NCBI GenBank assembly: GCA_965279035.1
Contig: OZ257142.1
Coordinates: 3,296,001 to 3,360,000 of the forward strand
Direction of reading: 5' to 3'
DNA length: 64,000 nucleotides
From: Bacteroidia bacterium
GTDB lineage: Bacteria > Bacteroidota > Bacteroidia > M30B66
Position numbers and translations under genes: made by a program. A model generated the notes under the pieces. The model did not search any database and was not told where the DNA came from. It saw only the letters and a list, made by a program, of their open reading frames with translations. Of this stretch, positions 51,978-60,050 are shown piece after piece (position 1 is the first letter of the stretch; the number at the start of each line of letters is the position of its first letter).

Positions 51978-53047
51978 CCTTTCGCCTCCTTTTTCTGTCC
52001 TTTGCTTGGAAGTACGCGCAATGGAGCTTCTTTCTTGAGCGACATAATTCCCGTTACAACAACACTATCGCCTGCTTGCAAACCACTTAGAATTTCAATT
52101 TGAGAATCTGTACGATAACCAGTTTCGACAATGGCTTCTTGTGCTTTTCCATTTTTACACACAAATACTTTTTGCCCTTTTAATATGGGAATGATGGCTT
52201 GTGTTGGGATAAACAAGGCTGAATGATTGGTTTTCAAAGGCAAACCTACTTGAGCAAATTGTCCAGAAAGAATTTGTTGATTGGTATTTTGAACCAATGC
52301 GCGCATCTGCACTGTGCGTGTTGAAGTGTTTACTGATGGCTCAAGTGCATATACATTGGCTTTAAAGTCATCAGTTCGACCTTGAACCCTAAAATGAACC
52401 GTAAGTGGCAAACTCAATAGATCGATATAGCGTTCAGGAATGGCAAAATCGAGTTTTAATAAATCGGTTTGTTGCAAGCGTGCAATGGGTGTATTGGCAT
52501 TGACAAAAGCTCCTTCACTTAAGTTTCTCAAACCAATGATGCCCGAAAATGGAGCTCGAATTTCGGTTTTAGCAATTTGTGCTTTCACATAATTCATGTC
52601 GGCATCGGCCACCAGAACTAGGTTTTGTGCTTGATCATATTCTTCCTGACTTGCCCCTTGCAGTTGAAGCAAACTTTTTAAACGATCGGCTTTTTCCAGC
52701 TGAACTTTCCGCTGAATTTGTAGTTTGGAAAGCTGCGCCTGAAGATCGTTATCGTTCAGTTTTACTAAGACTTGTCCTTTCGAAACCCGATCACCTTCTT
52801 TAAAATTGAGTGAAACAATTTTACCCGAAACTTCCGGAATCAAATCCACTTCCTCGTTCGAACGCAAGGTTCCTGTAGAAGTGATTTGTTGTTCTAATTG
52901 TGCTGTATCAACCACATAGATTGTCACCGGCATGGCTTGCACAGGTGGTGGACCAGATTTCGTTTGGTCTTTGGCTCCGGGGAAAAATAGGAACTTGATT
53001 CCAAGCAATAGGGCAATTCCAAGAACTAGTATGAATAGTCTTTTCAT
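51974..53047 (-). CDS. RND periplasmic adaptor (MFP)
   Basis: 'EVSGKI..KEGDRVSKGQ' and 'IRAPFSG'. Start MKRLF at 53047 overlaps the MarR stop (ATGA). Confidence 0.93.
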   Translation of the reverse strand: MKRLFILVLGIALLLGIKFLFFPGAKDQTKSGPPPVQAMPVTIYVVDTAQLEQQITSTGTLRSNEEVDLIPEVSGKIVSLNFKEGDRVSKGQVLVKLNDNDLQAQLSKLQIQRKVQLEKADRLKSLLQLQGASQEEYDQAQNLVLVADADMNYVKAQIAKTEIRAPFSGIIGLRNLSEGAFVNANTPIARLQQTDLLKLDFAIPERYIDLLSLPLTVHFRVQGRTDDFKANVYALEPSVNTSTRTVQMRALVQNTNQQILSGQFAQVGLPLKTNHSALFIPTQAIIPILKGQKVFVCKNGKAQEAIVETGYRTDSQIEILSGLQAGDSVVVTGIMSLKKEAPLRVLPSKGQKKEAKG

Positions 53048-53544
53048 AGGGTACGTTTCAATTTGTTCGGGTTGGGTTGAAAATCTATAATGATTTCGTC
53101 GGATGGCATCTCCTTTAAATTGGATGAAATGCGACAAAGTGATTGGTGAAATTGTGCTCGTTCTTCTTCTGTAAGTCCAGCCATCACCCGCTCATTCAAA
53201 TCGGCAACAGCCGCATCAATATCGGGAAGAATAGAACGACCATGATCGGTTAATGCAATGACATAGGAACGACGATCCTCAGCATTGGGAATACGTTTAA
53301 CATAATCGCGCTCGGTCAAAAAATCAATCACTCGCACCATCGATGTTTTATCTATATGGAGAAAATCTCCAACCATTTGCTGAGTGACTTTATCGGGTGA
53401 GCGATCGATGTACATCAATACCGAATAATAACGGTCAATTTCGAGATGAGCTAATTTCTGCGTAAGCGCTCCGTAATACAAACGGGTGAGAACGGCAAGA
53501 TGTCGACCCAAAGGCAATTCTTCGAATAAAGGTCTGGATGACAT
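53044..53544 (-). CDS. MarR-family regulator
   Basis: 'DKTSMVRVID...YVKR..NAEDRRSY.IALT..G' winged helix. Confidence 0.92.
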   Translation of the reverse strand: MSSRPLFEELPLGRHLAVLTRLYYGALTQKLAHLEIDRYYSVLMYIDRSPDKVTQQMVGDFLHIDKTSMVRVIDFLTERDYVKRIPNAEDRRSYVIALTDHGRSILPDIDAAVADLNERVMAGLTEEERAQFHQSLCRISSNLKEMPSDEIIIDFQPNPNKLKRTL

Positions 53545-53661
53545 GGGAAATTCGTTTCTAGTGTAAATGGTTGGCAAAGTAAACTAAAGTACGTACGAAT
53601 TGTTGTAGCATTGTCAAAAATTCATTCACAAAAAGAAGGAGATTTTCTCCGATATTGCGCC

Positions 53662-54411
53662 ATGCTTCGACTCTCTGTCGTTTCCTACCTCAACACCGTT
53701 CCATTTCTGTATGGCTTAAACCAAGCCCAATTGGAAGCTAAAGGTTCTATCGATTTAAGTTTGGATATTCCATCTTTATGTGCCGATAAACTACGAAATG
53801 GTCAAGTGGATGTTGGATTAATTCCAGTTGCTACTTTGCCTTTGCTTCCGCAGTTTTCAATTCTAGGAAACACCTGTATTGGTGCTGTTGGGAAAGTCGA
53901 TTCGGTGGTCTTGATGAGTGAAGTTCCACTCGAACAGTTGGAAGAAATTGTACTTGATTATCAATCGCGCACTTCGGTCAATTTATGTCGCTTGTTAGCA
54001 AGAGATTTTTGGAAAATACAACCACGATTTGTAGAAGCTACACCAGATTTTTTAGAGAATATTCAACCGAAACGAGGCTATGTGTTGATTGGTGATCGGG
54101 TGTTTGATCATGCGCGTCGTTTTCAATACGTGTATGATTTAAGTGAAGCCTGGATGCAATGGCAAGAGCTACCATTTGTATTTGCATGTTGGGTTTCGAT
54201 TTTACCTATTGAAAATGAAATATGGCAGCCCATCGAACAAGCACTTCAACACGGAATTCATCATATAAAAGAAGCTTCTGCATCAGTTGAAGGACAATAT
54301 CCTAATCATTATCCGATAGAGAATTACCTCAGCCACCGAATTTCTTACACGCTAGATTCCGCTAAGCGCAAGGGATTGGAAACTTTTTTAGGTATGCTTA
54401 GTACAATTTAA
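53662..54411 (+). CDS. mqnA: Chorismate dehydratase MqnA (futalosine pathway)
   Basis: 'VSYLNTVPF', 'IGAVGKVDSV', 'SRTSVNL', 'LIGD' and 'LPFVFACW'. Confidence 0.88.
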   Translation: MLRLSVVSYLNTVPFLYGLNQAQLEAKGSIDLSLDIPSLCADKLRNGQVDVGLIPVATLPLLPQFSILGNTCIGAVGKVDSVVLMSEVPLEQLEEIVLDYQSRTSVNLCRLLARDFWKIQPRFVEATPDFLENIQPKRGYVLIGDRVFDHARRFQYVYDLSEAWMQWQELPFVFACWVSILPIENEIWQPIEQALQHGIHHIKEASASVEGQYPNHYPIENYLSHRISYTLDSAKRKGLETFLGMLSTI

Positions 54412-54463
54412 TCAAAGGAAACGGTTTGATTTCCTACTTTAGAGAAGAAAAAAATACTCAGGA

Positions 54464-56104
54464 ATGAAGTTGAAAATGCTGCGTAATCTCCTGCTATTGT
54501 TGCTTATTTCCCCTGTTTCGCAAACACATTTGTATGCAGATAATGGCACCAATAAATTGCAATTACTTCGTATAAAAAACACCATGATGGGTGGCGATTA
54601 TGCTACTGCTTGGCGTTCGTTAAGGGCAATGGAAAAGACCGATAGCACTTCGGCTGAGCTATATTTCCTGAGTGGAGAATGCAATTTTCACCTTAAAAAT
54701 TACGAGGATGCTGTTGAGCGACTTGAAAAATCAATCAAGCTAGATCCCAATGCTGATCCTGATAAATATTTCTATCTCGGACAAACATTGCAGGTACTTG
54801 GATTTTTAGATAAAGCCATTCCAAATTATCAAGCGTATATTGAAAAAGCTGAAAAGAAAGCCGATAATAAAGAAGAAGCAGTTACGCTACTTGATCAATG
54901 TCGACGCGCGAATGAGATTATGTCGAAACCAGTGAACGTGAAAATTCGCAACATTGGTGATGCTATCAATTCCGAATATCCCGAATACAATCCAAGTGTT
55001 TCGGCTGATGGGAAGACGATGATTTTCACTTCTCGTCGTCCCGAATCTACCGGAAAACTAACCGATCCAGAGGATGGGAAATTTTACGAAGACATCTACA
55101 TTTCAGTCCGAGATTCCATCACAGGAAAATGGCTCGAAGCTGAGAATATTCCCGGTTCACTCAATACCGAAACACACGATGCCAACATGACCTTAACGCC
55201 TGATGGCAGTCAGATTTTCGTTTATCGCAACATGGGTTATCGTGGTTCGGGAGAATTGTTTGTTTCGAAAAAATCCCGTGCTGGAAAATGGAGCTCAGCT
55301 AAGCCGGTTGAAGGCGATGTGAACACCAGTTATTTTGAAAGTTCTGCCTGTATTTCACCCGATGGAAAAACCTTGTATTTCGTGAGTGAACGTCCACGTG
55401 GTGGATACGGAATGGGCGATATTTACATGGCAAAAAAGAAAAACAAAACCGAATGGGGCTCCGCCGTGAATTTGGGTTCAGTAGTGAATGATGAATACGA
55501 TCAAATTGGATTATTCATGCACCCGGATGGTAAAACCTTGTATTTCGCTTCCAACTCACCAAAGAGTTTAGGTGGTTACGATATTTTCAAGACCACCATC
55601 GAAAACGGAAAATGTACTCCTCCCGAAAACTTGGGCTTTCCCATCAACACCACGGGCGACGAACGCTTTTTCGCCCTCAGCACCGATGGTCGTTTGGCTT
55701 GGTTTAGCTCTAATCGTACTGGCGGAATTGGCGATTTAGATATTTGGGAAATCGATTTTTCAGCCCTACAAACACAAGCTAAAGTTGACTCAGCATCTTC
55801 GCCTGTTCAAATTCCCAAAGGTCCTCCACTTTCTATCTTAAACGGTAAGGTAATCGACTCCGATGCCGGACAAACCATCGAAACCGAAATCAGCATTACC
55901 GATAAAGAAAACGGTAAAGTGGTCAATGTAAGCAGCGATGAAAATGGCGAGTACTTTATCACCCTCGAAGGCGAACGTACTTATCTGCTCGAAATAAAAA
56001 ATCCATTGTACAAACCCTACACATTCGAAGTCTTCCTAAAAGGCCAAAACGAAGGAACATTTACGAAGGAGAAAATGATTGTGTTGGATCGGGTGAAGAA
56101 GTAG
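54464..56104 (+). CDS. TPR + PD40 beta-propeller + carboxypeptidase-regulatory-like domain protein (PorE-like, no OmpA domain)
   Basis: TPR helices; repeated 'PDGKTLYF.S.R.GG.G..DIY' and 'NLG.PINT'; terminal 'GKVID...SDENGEY'. Confidence 0.82.
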   Translation: MKLKMLRNLLLLLLISPVSQTHLYADNGTNKLQLLRIKNTMMGGDYATAWRSLRAMEKTDSTSAELYFLSGECNFHLKNYEDAVERLEKSIKLDPNADPDKYFYLGQTLQVLGFLDKAIPNYQAYIEKAEKKADNKEEAVTLLDQCRRANEIMSKPVNVKIRNIGDAINSEYPEYNPSVSADGKTMIFTSRRPESTGKLTDPEDGKFYEDIYISVRDSITGKWLEAENIPGSLNTETHDANMTLTPDGSQIFVYRNMGYRGSGELFVSKKSRAGKWSSAKPVEGDVNTSYFESSACISPDGKTLYFVSERPRGGYGMGDIYMAKKKNKTEWGSAVNLGSVVNDEYDQIGLFMHPDGKTLYFASNSPKSLGGYDIFKTTIENGKCTPPENLGFPINTTGDERFFALSTDGRLAWFSSNRTGGIGDLDIWEIDFSALQTQAKVDSASSPVQIPKGPPLSILNGKVIDSDAGQTIETEISITDKENGKVVNVSSDENGEYFITLEGERTYLLEIKNPLYKPYTFEVFLKGQNEGTFTKEKMIVLDRVKK

Positions 56105-56141
56105 TACAACGTATTACGATGTACGAAAATTTAGAAGGATG

Positions 56142-56178
56142 ACCTCACCCCCAGCCCCTCTCCTCGAGGAGAGGGGAG
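56142..56178 (+). repeat. REP-like palindrome
   Basis: acctcacccccagcccctctcctcgaggagagggg, containing the perfect palindrome cccctctcctcgaggagagggg. Confidence 0.75.
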
Positions 56179-56306
56179 TTAATTACGTATAATTTAATAT
56201 CTAGCAGATTTTCTCGTAAATCGTATAGCGAAGCGTTCGTAAATCAGATACCAAACTTTAAAATTGTTCCATTAATTAGAACTATGCTAATAGCTGATTA
56301 AAATAT

Positions 56307-56600
56307 TTATAAGTGATTTTCAATATCCATTATTTCGTGTAATACCCGAATGACTTCTAATACGTTTTGCTTAGTATTTATTTTATAGAAGATCAAATGT
56401 GATTTGACTTTTGAACGCCAATATCCTTTTCTGATTTCCCCAAAATCAACTCCTGAATTTGGATTTGTACAGAGATAATCAATTTCATCAAAAATTAAAT
56501 TCAAATACCGTTCAGCTTGTTGAGTTGACCAATTTTCAATAGTATAAAACCAAATTTCTTTTAAATCATTTTCTGCTTCTTTACTAATCTTATAAATCAT
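56307..56600 (-). CDS. parE: RelE/ParE-family toxin
   Basis: 'YKISKEAENDLKEIWFYT..WS..QAERY' and 'HLIFYK...VIRVLHE.MD'. Confidence 0.92.
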   Translation of the reverse strand: MIYKISKEAENDLKEIWFYTIENWSTQQAERYLNLIFDEIDYLCTNPNSGVDFGEIRKGYWRSKVKSHLIFYKINTKQNVLEVIRVLHEIMDIENHL

Positions 56601-56845
56601 TTCTTTTCCTGATTATCTTTAAGATTTTTCAAAAAAGCATCACGATTAAAATCTTGAACGAATCCTGATTTTTCACCTTTAACAAGTTCTTTAATCAATT
56701 CAGCTTTCTTTGTTTCTTCCTGTTCAAACATTCTCAATGCTGTTCGAACGACTTCACTAGCTGAAGAAAACTTTCCGGTCTTTACAAGTCCGTTTATAAA
56801 ATTATTAAAGTAATCTCCCAGTAAAATGGATGTGTTCTTAGCCAT
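56597..56845 (-). CDS. parD: ParD-like RHH antitoxin
   Basis: 'NTSILLG.YF...V.TGKFSSASEVVRTALR'; 4-bp overlap with parE. Confidence 0.92.
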   Translation of the reverse strand: MAKNTSILLGDYFNNFINGLVKTGKFSSASEVVRTALRMFEQEETKKAELIKELVKGEKSGFVQDFNRDAFLKNLKDNQEKK

Positions 56846-56859
56846 GACGTCTTTTTTAA

Positions 56860-56881
56860 CAAAAATACCAATTCTTGGTAT
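56860..56881 (-). promoter_or_regulatory. parDE promoter box with overlapping palindromic operator
   Basis: TATTTTTG (minus strand, 56860-56867) overlaps the palindrome ATACCAA-ttc-TTGGTAT (56865-56881). Confidence 0.6.
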
Positions 56882-56968
56882 ATCTTCAGCTGCTTAGGTA
56901 ATTTTTATAAGTATCAAATGAAGATTAGAACCACATAGTATGGCAGCTTAATGCAGATTTTTTTTAAC

Positions 56969-57056
56969 GTATTAAGTAAAAAGTACAAAGTATTACGAGT
57001 TGCTAAAAATGAGCATCTTCTAAAATCTTAATACTTAATACAAATTACTCTATACT
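56969..57056. repeat. Inverted heptamer-array element
   Basis: gtattaag-taaaaag-tacaaag...tcttaatac-ttaatac; the core is homologous to 59963-60050. Confidence 0.65.
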
Positions 57057-57059
57057 ATT

Positions 57060-58331
57060 TCAATTCACCTTCACCACTTTCCCCGTCATTATAGGCACTC
57101 CAGCTTTACTCAGGCGACAATAATAAATGCCCGCAGATACGTTTTCCAACGAAATTGGAGTGGATTCTGAAATCTGAAATTGCTGAATCAATTGTCCAAC
57201 ACTATTGAATAATTCAACATCTAAAACAGGTTTATAATCACCGGTATAGTGAATTTGAAATTGCGTTGAAGTGATGGTATTTAGAAATGAAACGGAAACC
57301 GGAATGATTGGTTTGGGAATGACAGTAACATTCACCGTATCCCAAGTGATGAGTTTACATTGATTGGCCTTGAGATAATAAGTAGTAGTTATTTCAGGAC
57401 TAACTGAAATAGAGTTTCCTCCACCTAAGGAATGTAAGGTATCGCCTTCGAACCATTCGTAGCCTTCGGTTAGTGTGGAAGTGGAGAGTTGAATAGTTGA
57501 GCCAAAATAAACAAAAGTATCAGCACTAACTTTTAAATCAGGAATTTCAATTAATTGAACATCATCGATATATTGATAACATCCAGCCCCTCCCGCAAAT
57601 AATCCTAATGAATCATTTGGAATATTTGTTTCAATGTGATAAATCAATTCATCGTAAGGGACAAAATTCCCTAATACGATGTATTCTTCACCTCCAGTGG
57701 CTTGATAATAATTAAGTACTTTATCCCAACCGGTGGTATCATTCAAATACTCACTGCTATCGCTTTCTAACCATACTTGTGGCTCATGTGGGTATATTCC
57801 ATAAGTTGCTTCATAAGGGTTTGTATTACTAAAATAAACTCCTGTTTTATTTGTCACTGCATATAAATAATAATCCTGTTGAGATATTTGTTTGTAGTAT
57901 AAAGGAGAGCCCGCTGCTATTTGATAGCTGATACAGTAATTTTTATTTTCCAGTTTCCTTTCAAGTTTAACTGAAATGTAATCTGTGAAATTTTCACTTA
58001 CTAATGAATCAAAAGAAATCCCTCCTACAAAATATCCTGCATAGTTATTACCATCAGATGCAAATTGATAACCTTGCCAATTAGTAGGAGAATAGTAAGT
58101 TGAACAAGAAGAAATTGGTAGCGTACCTATATTACATGGAGAATATACATCAGGAGTTTGCGAGGTAGCTGTTTTCCATCCAACAGCAATGGTATTGGGC
58201 TCCAAAGGGTTATTTTGACATTGATCTAAACACATGGTTAATTCCTCGAAACTACCATTAGTCACTAAATTCTGCGCCCCTAAAACCAAGGAGAATAAAA
58301 GTAAAGTGGAAAATAAAATACACTTCAACAT
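57060..58331 (-). CDS. T9SS type A sorting domain protein
   Basis: 'AQNLVTNGSFEE...C', 'ATGGEEYIVLGNF', 'YIDDV' and CTD 'FNSVGQ...SAGIYYCRL...KVVK'. Confidence 0.85.
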   Translation of the reverse strand: MLKCILFSTLLLFSLVLGAQNLVTNGSFEELTMCLDQCQNNPLEPNTIAVGWKTATSQTPDVYSPCNIGTLPISSCSTYYSPTNWQGYQFASDGNNYAGYFVGGISFDSLVSENFTDYISVKLERKLENKNYCISYQIAAGSPLYYKQISQQDYYLYAVTNKTGVYFSNTNPYEATYGIYPHEPQVWLESDSSEYLNDTTGWDKVLNYYQATGGEEYIVLGNFVPYDELIYHIETNIPNDSLGLFAGGAGCYQYIDDVQLIEIPDLKVSADTFVYFGSTIQLSTSTLTEGYEWFEGDTLHSLGGGNSISVSPEITTTYYLKANQCKLITWDTVNVTVIPKPIIPVSVSFLNTITSTQFQIHYTGDYKPVLDVELFNSVGQLIQQFQISESTPISLENVSAGIYYCRLSKAGVPIMTGKVVKVN

Positions 58332-58566
58332 GCACGAATCGTATTTATTCTGCTTAGGAACTAACTAGATTCGAAAGGTAGTGAAAGCGCCAATTTCTAT
58401 ATCGTACAATTTTATGGAGGTGTCGGTTGACTGTATTAAGTACAAAGTATAAAGTAACACGATGTCCTTGCCTAAAATAGGTTGACTTTTTATTATCACT
58501 TTCTACTTTGTTAAAGTAGTTTATTGTTTGTTGTTTTAAGTTTCTTTTTTGGTTCTTTTTTCTTTG

Positions 58567-59433
58567 TTAAGAAGTTGTATTTCTGTTGATATTTCCTGAA
58601 TTCCAGTTATATATGGTCATAGAAGGATTTTGATTTCTTTGGTTATTCACTTTTTCATATTCAGTAGGTGTTAGCATGCCTAATTCACTGTGTGGTCGTT
58701 CATTATTGTAAAGATCCATTGCCTTTTTTGCCATCTCATTGAGATTGCTTTTGGTTAGATTCCATTGAAGTAAGTACTCGTTTTTTATGATGCCATTTAT
58801 TCGTTCAACATAAGCATTTTCTTGTGCTATTGACGCCATACTGATTCGTATTCCTTTGCTTTTTAGCATCTCTTTATGCATCGTGCTGATGTATTGTGAA
58901 CCTCGATCAGAATGAAAAATGCAATTATCTAAATCGTGCCCTTTCCTTATTTTAAAGGCTTTTCTAAGTGCTTTGATATTTTCCTCCGCTCTTAAGCTTG
59001 GAGACAGATGTAGAGCTAATAAGCGCCTTGAATAGACATCTTCAATACAGATTCCATAATGATGTGCATGCTCTACATCGAGATAAAATATGTCAGATTG
59101 CCAAAGCATATTCACATCATTAATCGTTATTCCATTTATCAGATTGTCATATATCTCAACGCGTTGAGACCAAGTCGTTCGTATTGGATTTCTCTTCTTC
59201 TTAACCTTATATCCGTACCTAAAACCAATCCGCTCAAAAGCATCCCTACCTATTGGATGGCGTTGTGGATCCATAAAATAGATCTTTCTACAACCCATTT
59301 GGCGATGATTATGACGCACTTTTGATATGTAACGAACGATACTTTCTTCCACCTTTAATTGGTCGCGACTTCGTCTTTCACTCTTCCAAAGTGCTTGCTT
59401 ACTAAGGCCTGCCACTTCTAACAGACTCTTCAT
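58567..59433 (-). CDS. IS3 OrfB (rve/DDE integrase domain)
   Basis: 'WQSDI', 'FHSDRGSQY', 'ENAYVERING' and 'YNNERPHS'. Confidence 0.93.
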   Translation of the reverse strand: MKSLLEVAGLSKQALWKSERRSRDQLKVEESIVRYISKVRHNHRQMGCRKIYFMDPQRHPIGRDAFERIGFRYGYKVKKKRNPIRTTWSQRVEIYDNLINGITINDVNMLWQSDIFYLDVEHAHHYGICIEDVYSRRLLALHLSPSLRAEENIKALRKAFKIRKGHDLDNCIFHSDRGSQYISTMHKEMLKSKGIRISMASIAQENAYVERINGIIKNEYLLQWNLTKSNLNEMAKKAMDLYNNERPHSELGMLTPTEYEKVNNQRNQNPSMTIYNWNSGNINRNTTS

Positions 59434-59852
59434 TTTGTACCCGTGCTTTTGTCCTTTTGTGGATCGGAACCAGAGTAAGGCTGGTTTAATAAATTTTTTT
59501 TTAAATCAGTTTGGAACTCCTCATTTGCTAACTCAATGACCTTGCTCAATAAATCAAGTTCCATCTGTTTTCGGCCCAATGCGGCTTCCAATTCACGGAT
59601 GCGCTGCTCAAGCTCTTTGCTTTTGTATGATTCGCTTTGCTCTTCCACTACTAAGATTTTTCCTCTCTTCAAATATCGACTATATTGATAAATCCATCGA
59701 TAAACTGAAGTTATTGTTACTCCTAGTTCCTGGGCTACTTTAGATACTGAAGCCACTCCGGATTCAATATCCTTAACTGTTTGACGCTTTAATTCTTCAC
59801 TAAAAACTCTTCGTGGCCGAATTACTTCTTTGCGATTTAAATGCTTTTTCAT
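59430..59852 (-). CDS. IS3 OrfA (HTH); A9 slippery site at 59494-59502
   Basis: 'FSEELKRQTV...VAQELGV..TSVYRW'; the -1 frame is open from the A9 run into OrfB. Confidence 0.9.
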   Translation of the reverse strand: MKKHLNRKEVIRPRRVFSEELKRQTVKDIESGVASVSKVAQELGVTITSVYRWIYQYSRYLKRGKILVVEEQSESYKSKELEQRIRELEAALGRKQMELDLLSKVIELANEEFQTDLKKNLLNQPYSGSDPQKDKSTGTK

Positions 59853-59962
59853 GTCCCGTTTTTTAAGTTGATTTTGGTCAACCTATTTCAGTCACGGACA
59901 CGATGTGCTTAATATCTGCATTTAGTTATGATCTTAATATTTAAATATTGGTACTTGTTAAT

Positions 59963-60050
59963 GTGTTAAGTATAAAGTACCAAGATTTACGAATTGCTCA
60001 ATTGAAGCAGTTTCAAAAAATCTTAATACTCTATACTTGATACTTAATTC
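59963..60050. repeat. Inverted heptamer-array element after the metH stop
   Basis: gtgttaag-tataaag-taccaag...tcttaatac-tctatac-ttgatac-ttaattc. Confidence 0.65.

Larger units (their letters stand above)
58463..59900 (-). mobile_element. IS3-family insertion sequence
   Basis: IRs tgtccttgcctaaaataggttgac and (reverse complement) tgtccgtgactgaaataggttgac; TG...CA ends; 3-bp TSD CGA. Confidence 0.93.

Noticed and set aside
53048-53137. 30-aa N-terminal extension of the MFP
   Set aside because: It overlaps the MarR gene; the ATG at 53047 gives a normal membrane anchor and an ATGA coupling.
59494-59502. A9 run as a sequencing error or pseudogene frameshift
   Set aside because: It matches the normal programmed -1 frameshift site of IS3 elements, so it is neither an error nor novel.
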